From the IMG/VR virus record IMGVR_UViG_3300034013_000904: a stretch of DNA of 20,000 bases. One strand, written 5' to 3'. The translations under genes were made by a program, and so were the position numbers. The notes under the pieces are model-generated. The model ran no database searches and was not told the DNA's origin. It worked only from the letters and a program-made list of their open reading frames with translations. Source of the DNA: an uncultured virus (IMG/VR IMGVR_UViG_3300034013_000904). Lineage: Duplodnaviria > Heunggongvirae > Uroviricota > Caudoviricetes. Shown here in pieces: positions 15,570 through 20,000 of this stretch (its first letter is position 1; each line of letters begins with the position of its first letter).

Positions 15570-15598
15570 AATGTAGCACAAGGAGGCTGGCCTGTCAA
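15570..15598 (-). promoter_or_regulatory. Sigma70-like promoter TTGACA-N17-TACATT with A-tract
   Basis: AAAAAATGGTTGACA...TGCTACATT. Confidence 0.7.
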
Positions 15599-15610
15599 CC
15601 ATTTTTTGCG

Positions 15611-15616
15611 TAAATA
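15611..15616 (+). promoter_or_regulatory. Candidate T4-type late promoter core (TAAATA)
   Basis: TAAATA 4 nt upstream of the ATG of the only plus-strand gene; the T4 gp55 consensus is TATAAATA; no SD present. Confidence 0.45.
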
Positions 15617-15620
15617 TCCC

Positions 15621-16448
15621 ATGCGTATAACAGATCTCAATCCCCGGATCCTACGGGAAAGCTTCTCCAACATCAGCGTTGAGCAGTTGGGCATCAAAAA
15701 TCTAGTGGACCAAGCTGATGACAGTTTGACCGGAGAGGCTGCTGATGCCCTAGAGGGATTTGTAGGAGTGCCACCGGATGCCCAAAACAAGGGCATGTGG
15801 GGCGGAATCATGAAAAGTGCTCAACTGGAAGATGCCTACAGCCCACAGCCAAGTGAGCGGGGCCAACGGATCCGAGCCAGCCTGGAGCAGAGTTTTAGGC
15901 CAGTGCAAGCGGCCTTGCGGAGGAAGTTTGGCGACACCATACGTCTCTATCGAGCTCAAACCCCTGTGGGTGACAAAGGTGGTCCCCGGCACACACTCAG
16001 CTGGACAAGTGACCCCCGCGTTGCAGCTTGGTTTGCAGGAGTAGATCCCAGGCTCATGAAGGTCAAGCCCATAACTGATCAGGCTATTCAACAAGCAGTG
16101 CAAGAGTATAACCAAAAGGGCAAAGTCACTTGGAGAGGGAAACAATATGTGCGCACTGATGAGCCCACCAATGACCCTGACCTAGACCCTTATTATTATC
16201 ACATCTTTGACAGCGATGGTGACATGATAACTGATGGGGACGATTTAGAGGAGCAGTTCCGAGAAGACCAAACTTGGATCACTGAGCTGTTGCAAAAGAG
16301 AGACCGCAAGCTTGAGAAAGTCCTGCAAGCTGACATACCTGTTAACAGCATCATCTGGATAACCGATCGTGCAGGACAAAGCGAGTTCATCCTGCACAAC
16401 CAGCCCGGGCGCCCGGGATTTGTCACCAGCCTGGGCCAGCTGGGCTAG
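15621..16448 (+). CDS. Putative ADP-ribosyltransferase (R-S-E type), 275 aa, possibly virion-packaged
   Basis: Fills a gap with no convincing minus-strand gene; motifs IRLYR, SWTSDPRVAAWFAG and GQSEFIL occur in ART order; start moved to ATG 15621. Confidence 0.6.
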   Translation: MRITDLNPRILRESFSNISVEQLGIKNLVDQADDSLTGEAADALEGFVGVPPDAQNKGMWGGIMKSAQLEDAYSPQPSERGQRIRASLEQSFRPVQAALRRKFGDTIRLYRAQTPVGDKGGPRHTLSWTSDPRVAAWFAGVDPRLMKVKPITDQAIQQAVQEYNQKGKVTWRGKQYVRTDEPTNDPDLDPYYYHIFDSDGDMITDGDDLEEQFREDQTWITELLQKRDRKLEKVLQADIPVNSIIWITDRAGQSEFILHNQPGRPGFVTSLGQLG

Positions 16449-16452
16449 CCTA

Positions 16453-16869
16453 TTACTGCTTTTTGGTAGGATCCATGCTCCGGCGGATCTCAGCCGTTTC
16501 TTTTTGCATCCAGGTTGTCACCAGCTCTAGTCCAGGATCCACAACTTGGTTGAAGCGTGGGTGATTGAGCACTCGCTCGCCCATCTCACTGCCAGCAATC
16601 AGCAGCACTGTCTGTCGGCTGGGCACCAGTGCTGACACACTACCAACAAAAATCATCAGCACCAAAAACGCCCAAAGCCAGCGCCAGCTGTGGATTTTGA
16701 CGTGATTGGCATATTCCACAGTGCGGAAATTGGTAGCGTCAAGACTTACGACCCAAACGACACCGCAGACTGCTATTCCAAATCCAAACAGAACAGCAAC
16801 AAATACCAGAAAGCTACCAATACTGCCTGTTACGCCAGCAAGGTAGATGAGAAGGCTGAGGTTGTTCAC
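16453..16869 (-). CDS. Membrane protein (138 aa, 2 or more TM segments)
   Basis: Two long hydrophobic tracts; AAGGA SD before GTG. Confidence 0.8.
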   Translation of the reverse strand: MNNLSLLIYLAGVTGSIGSFLVFVAVLFGFGIAVCGVVWVVSLDATNFRTVEYANHVKIHSWRWLWAFLVLMIFVGSVSALVPSRQTVLLIAGSEMGERVLNHPRFNQVVDPGLELVTTWMQKETAEIRRSMDPTKKQ

Positions 16870-16893
16870 AGCACGGTTTCCTTGTTTTTGAGG

Positions 16894-17838
16894 TTATAGA
16901 GTGTCATCAGTGTCGCAGTCATCATCGTCGCCACCGTTCAGCATCAGGTCCACATGCTGCTGGCAGCGAAGAAAAAAACTTTTGTAGAGAGGGTATTCGG
17001 CGCACTGACTGCCCTTGCCAGTTTGCGGGTGCCATGTCATGCGCAGTCCACACATGTTGTCTGATACCAACAGAAAGGCACTCATCTCCCGGAGAAAGTC
17101 GTCAACTTCGGGATGATCGACGTCACGTCCTGCCACTGCCCACAGCCGCATGAGATCAGCGTAAGAGCGGATGCCAGTTGTGGCACCACCATAGCTTTCA
17201 AAGCTGCTGCCTCCAGTTAGCAAGGCAGCCCAGTGATCCCGTAGGGAGTGGGTGTCCCGCCAGCGCCAATAAGCCATCTCAAAGTTCATACCATCCGGGT
17301 GATCCTGTGCCAGCTTGAAGAGGCTGCGGTAGCGTTCCTGACCCCGCTTGTAGTTCATCTCCAGTGTGGTCACATCGCCATTCCAGTGTTCACTCTGCTG
17401 GGCTAGATGGTCCCATGCCCAAGCGTGGCACATGGTCCAGCCCAGGAGATGCCCACCGCCCCGGGGATTGCGAGCACCTCTCACCCACACCCGATCAGAT
17501 CGAATCCACTCCATGAGGGTTTCCATGCTGTCAAGCTGTAGTGGATCCACAGCGGGCTCGTGGTAGGGATTTTCTCCCTCTGGCATGCTCTCCATGCTTT
17601 CGCGAGTTTTGCCCAGGATCCAGCGTTGATTCCACTCTGTGCCCACATCTTCAATACCACCGTAGTCGTTGTAGACTGCACGTAGCGGGAGCGCATAGGG
17701 CTTCCAGTAGTGGCTGGCATAGCAAGCGCCATCAGCACCACCAGAGTCAGTGACCTGGCTCAACATGATCAGCACCACAGGATCGCCTGAATGGATGGGC
17801 AAGCGTGTGATCCCACAAGTTTCGTTCCAGCTGCCCAT
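16894..17838 (-). CDS. Hypothetical phage protein (314 aa, MGSWNETCGITRLPI...; acidic tail)
   Basis: ATG 17838 follows an AAGGAG SD and lies downstream of promoter 17864-17891. Confidence 0.85.
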   Translation of the reverse strand: MGSWNETCGITRLPIHSGDPVVLIMLSQVTDSGGADGACYASHYWKPYALPLRAVYNDYGGIEDVGTEWNQRWILGKTRESMESMPEGENPYHEPAVDPLQLDSMETLMEWIRSDRVWVRGARNPRGGGHLLGWTMCHAWAWDHLAQQSEHWNGDVTTLEMNYKRGQERYRSLFKLAQDHPDGMNFEMAYWRWRDTHSLRDHWAALLTGGSSFESYGGATTGIRSYADLMRLWAVAGRDVDHPEVDDFLREMSAFLLVSDNMCGLRMTWHPQTGKGSQCAEYPLYKSFFLRCQQHVDLMLNGGDDDDCDTDDTL

Positions 17839-17863
17839 CAACCTGTCTCCTTTGTATGCGCGG

Positions 17864-17891
17864 ATTATAGCAGTGGCAGAGAGTATGTCAA
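17864..17891 (-). promoter_or_regulatory. Consensus sigma70 promoter TTGACA-N16-TATAAT
   Basis: Both hexamers perfect; the -35 box contains the TGA stop of the Thg1-like gene. Confidence 0.85.
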
Positions 17892-18706
17892 GGGTTATCT
17901 GTTTTGTATTCAGGCGGTGCGTCTTCAAACAGCACAGCCACTCGGTTTGTGACTCGATTGAGAGGAGGCAGATCATAGCTTTGCACCTCGCTCCGGGCAA
18001 ACAGTGTGCCGGGATCTGGCCTGTAGTTTTCCGGAATCAACCCCAGCTCAGAGTCATTCAACGTGCGTTGCACTACACGTCGACGTACCCAAGTTCCTCG
18101 CTTGAATGCTGCGGGATATGAGCTCCAGTTGACGCCACTTTGCCAAATGAGTTCCTGTTGCTGTTTTTGATCTAGGCCTTGCAGCTCTTTGTGGCTGCGA
18201 TAGTGATGGGCAGCCATGCTCACGGAATTTTTGGCACAATCAAGATTGCGCCAAAGTAACATGTTCGCCGTCTCACTCAAACTGGGCATGCTGATGACTC
18301 TTGCATCAAAGTGCGGCAGGCGGAGCACCAGCTGCTGCCAGTTGGGAAAATACTGAATAACATTCTCAATGAATGCTGCTGTGGCCAGGCCAGCCAGCAC
18401 ACTGGTCATCTTGGTTATCTTGCCATCAAACCAACCATGGCCATTGCCTGTGGGCACCCACACCAAGCTGATCTCGTCACTTTGAACATACCCGAGAGTA
18501 GCTTGGGTTTTCTCCACCAAGGTTCGAGTGGTTTCGATCATGCTAGTGGTCATGCCAGTGTCGTAAGGTCGCTCCATGTCCTTGGTGAACTTGCTGAAGC
18601 CCCGTCCGTCAATACGCGCATAGATGGGCAAGCTGAACAGGAAGCGTCGATCAGTTTCCTGCTGTTCCAGCAGCTTCATCCTGTCGCCAAGACTGTCCTT
18701 GCTCAT
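17888..18706 (-). CDS. thg1: tRNA(His) guanylyltransferase Thg1-like protein (3'-5' polymerase), 272 aa
   Basis: Family motifs LGDRMK..E, RIDGRGFSKFT, GYVQSDEISL, FDGK..K, FDARV, WR..DC.KNS, FKRGT; ATG 18706 follows GAGGG. Confidence 0.92.
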   Translation of the reverse strand: MSKDSLGDRMKLLEQQETDRRFLFSLPIYARIDGRGFSKFTKDMERPYDTGMTTSMIETTRTLVEKTQATLGYVQSDEISLVWVPTGNGHGWFDGKITKMTSVLAGLATAAFIENVIQYFPNWQQLVLRLPHFDARVISMPSLSETANMLLWRNLDCAKNSVSMAAHHYRSHKELQGLDQKQQQELIWQSGVNWSSYPAAFKRGTWVRRRVVQRTLNDSELGLIPENYRPDPGTLFARSEVQSYDLPPLNRVTNRVAVLFEDAPPEYKTDNP

Positions 18707-18713
18707 GTGACCC

Positions 18714-19301
18714 TCAAACTGGAGTGATGACAGTGGTGCGCACAGTTTCGGTCTGCACATCTGCCCAAATGTATGTGTCGTTCAAGCGATCCTGGTGGAG
18801 CCTGGCTGACTTGCGGTAGTCGCGCTCAACTACCTTCAGTCTCTTGAGGCGATTGTCTACATGTTCCAGCCACTCTTGATTTGGCGCATCAGCTTGCGTC
18901 CACCGGGAGAAGTCTGGGATGCCGACAGGCGGGTCCCAAAAGAAATATGGGGCGTTGGGTGGTTCAAGCCCTTGGCTCAGCTTTTCTGACACGGTGCGCC
19001 AATATTCTTGATCTAGCCTGATCTCATCAAGATACTTGAGAATATTTTCAAGATCTTTTTTGGTCTGCAACGTCACAAGCTCAATCAAATCTTGGCATTG
19101 CTTTGGTGTGAGCGCAGTTGCATCGAAATCAAGGGCAGGTGCTTGATTGTACCAATGAACCCAAAAAGCCAAAGTGGGATCAAAAGTATTTTTCTCCACA
19201 ATGGAGCGCACGGCATCGCCCGACATTCTCACAAACTGTTTACCAGTTTGGCCCAAGAGTGCTCGACGATTTTGTGTGGACTTTTTCACAATGGTGATCA
19301 T
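18714..19301 (-). CDS. Hypothetical protein (195 aa)
   Basis: ORF track; AAAGGA SD; first gene behind promoter 19323-19350, apparently co-transcribed with thg1. Confidence 0.8.
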   Translation of the reverse strand: MITIVKKSTQNRRALLGQTGKQFVRMSGDAVRSIVEKNTFDPTLAFWVHWYNQAPALDFDATALTPKQCQDLIELVTLQTKKDLENILKYLDEIRLDQEYWRTVSEKLSQGLEPPNAPYFFWDPPVGIPDFSRWTQADAPNQEWLEHVDNRLKRLKVVERDYRKSARLHQDRLNDTYIWADVQTETVRTTVITPV

Positions 19302-19322
19302 CAGCGTGTTCCTTTCCCCAGC

Positions 19323-19350
19323 ACTATAGCAGTATTGATTGGATTGTCAA
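19323..19350 (-). promoter_or_regulatory. Sigma70-like promoter TTGACA-N16-TATAGT
   Basis: Repeated motif; the -35 box contains the TGA stop of the HD hydrolase gene. Confidence 0.8.
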
Positions 19351-19799
19351 TCAGCTAGCTTGAGTCGCTCGCAAATCTCCAGGTAAAACTCATGGTAGCG
19401 AGCCATGCGCCGAATGTCCTTCTCTGTGACACCTTTCAAGCGCCGGATATCCGAGTTGTGACGCAGGTCGCACTTTTTCACACGCATGGCATCGGGGTTG
19501 GCGAAAACTCGAGCCTTGTATTCGTCGAGTGTTTCACCCGGCACTTTGGTCAGTGCCCTCACGCCCGCAATCACACGCTCGGTGCAGCCAATATCTCTGA
19601 GATCAGCGTAGGTGGCATCAGTATCTTCACACACGTCGTGGAGCAAACTAATGCATTGCAGCTCTTCGTCCTCGGTGCGCAAATAGTGCATAACCTTTAG
19701 GACGTGGAGCAAATATGGAGCACCTCCCTTGTCAAACTGACCAGCATGTGCGTTGGTGGCAAAAACCAAACACTTGCCTAGCAGCTCACCTTTGGTCAT
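19347..19799 (-). CDS. HD-domain SpoT/Mesh1-like small alarmone hydrolase (putative (p)ppGpp hydrolase), 150 aa
   Basis: AHAGQFDKGGAPYLLH, LLHDVCEDT, VRALTK and VKKCDLRHN match RelA/SpoT hydrolase-domain motifs; no synthetase domain. Confidence 0.85.
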   Translation of the reverse strand: MTKGELLGKCLVFATNAHAGQFDKGGAPYLLHVLKVMHYLRTEDEELQCISLLHDVCEDTDATYADLRDIGCTERVIAGVRALTKVPGETLDEYKARVFANPDAMRVKKCDLRHNSDIRRLKGVTEKDIRRMARYHEFYLEICERLKLAD

Positions 19800-19824
19800 A
19801 ATCATTCCTTCCGTGTCCCTTGAT

Positions 19825-19853
19825 AACTTACGCTGAAGGGCTGGGCTCGTCAA
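19825..19853 (-). promoter_or_regulatory. Sigma70-like promoter TTGACG-N17-TAAGTT
   Basis: Weaker variant of the motif, upstream of the HD hydrolase. Confidence 0.45.
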
Positions 19854-19998
19854 CTGATGTTTTCTCAGCAGCGTTTTTGTCCATACGGCTTTTCAAGAAA
19901 TGACGCCAATGAATGGGTTTCCGTTTCACAAGCTCTTCACAGAGAATAGTGCGCCACTCTTTAACCAACTCCAATTGGCCAATGGGATAACCCAAACT
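19828..19998 (-). CDS. C-terminal part of a CDS entering from beyond the window (...ELVKEWRTILCEELVKRKPIHWRHFLKSRMDKNAAEKTSVDEPSPSA)
   Basis: Translated by hand; open from the window edge to TAA at 19828-19830. Confidence 0.55.
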   Translation of the reverse strand, partial: SLGYPIGQLELVKEWRTILCEELVKRKPIHWRHFLKSRMDKNAAEKTSVDEPSPSA

Positions 19999-20000
19999 TG

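Noticed and set aside
15516..15811. Extended overlapping starts of ORFs 15350-15811 (-) and 15516-16448 (+)
   Set aside because: The better-supported starts (GTG 15544 with AAGGAGG, ATG 15621) remove the overlap and leave a divergent promoter gap.
16404..16417. GC palindrome cccgggcgcccggg near the convergent gene ends
   Set aside because: It lies within coding sequence and has no clear U-tract, so it is not supportable as a terminator.
37..19700. Numerous plus-strand ORFs in the track (e.g. 1452-1982, 9608-10123, 11209-11754, 14704-15312)
   Set aside because: They are antisense shadows of well-supported minus-strand genes and lack SD or promoter support. Only 15621-16448 occupies its own space.
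166..19853. Repeated GTTGAC/GTCAAC motifs as integron attC sites
   Set aside because: They lack the paired inverted R''/R' boxes of attC sites and no integrase is present. A fixed 16-17 nt distance to a -10 box fits promoters.
1..20000. CRISPR array, tRNA or rRNA genes
   Set aside because: No regularly spaced direct repeats and no cloverleaf-like sequence were seen by eye, and intergenic gaps are mostly explained by promoters. A tRNAscan/Infernal run would be needed to exclude them formally.
1..20000. Alternative genetic code (stop-codon reassignment, as in some large phages)
   Set aside because: Genes tile densely under the standard code, and TAA, TAG and TGA all occur as stops directly before new SD/start sites.

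Overview
This window reads like an early/accessory region of a large (jumbo-type) dsDNA bacteriophage using the standard genetic code. About 48 short, tightly packed CDSs lie on the minus strand, often coupled by ATGA/TAATG overlaps, and most have no recognisable function. They are grouped into 1-4 gene units by about 21 copies of a conserved sigma70-type promoter (A-tract, (GG)TTGACA, 16-17 nt, (TGC)TATAAT-like). In 7 cases the -35 box also supplies the TGA stop of the upstream gene. Products recognisable from motifs are a Thg1-like tRNA guanylyltransferase/3'-5' polymerase, a small HD-domain SpoT/Mesh1-like hydrolase, a T5orf172/GIY-YIG-like protein, and a 658-aa protein with a Cys/His motif and a YfaP/DUF2135-like domain, paired with a small helical protein. 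One gene runs on the plus strand (15621-16448). It sits behind a T4-late-like TAAATA element and carries R-S-(QxE) ADP-ribosyltransferase-like motifs, so it is a candidate virion-packaged host-takeover enzyme. Two paralog pairs and a truncated duplicate remnant are also visible. All family calls come from reading motifs by eye; no database search was run.
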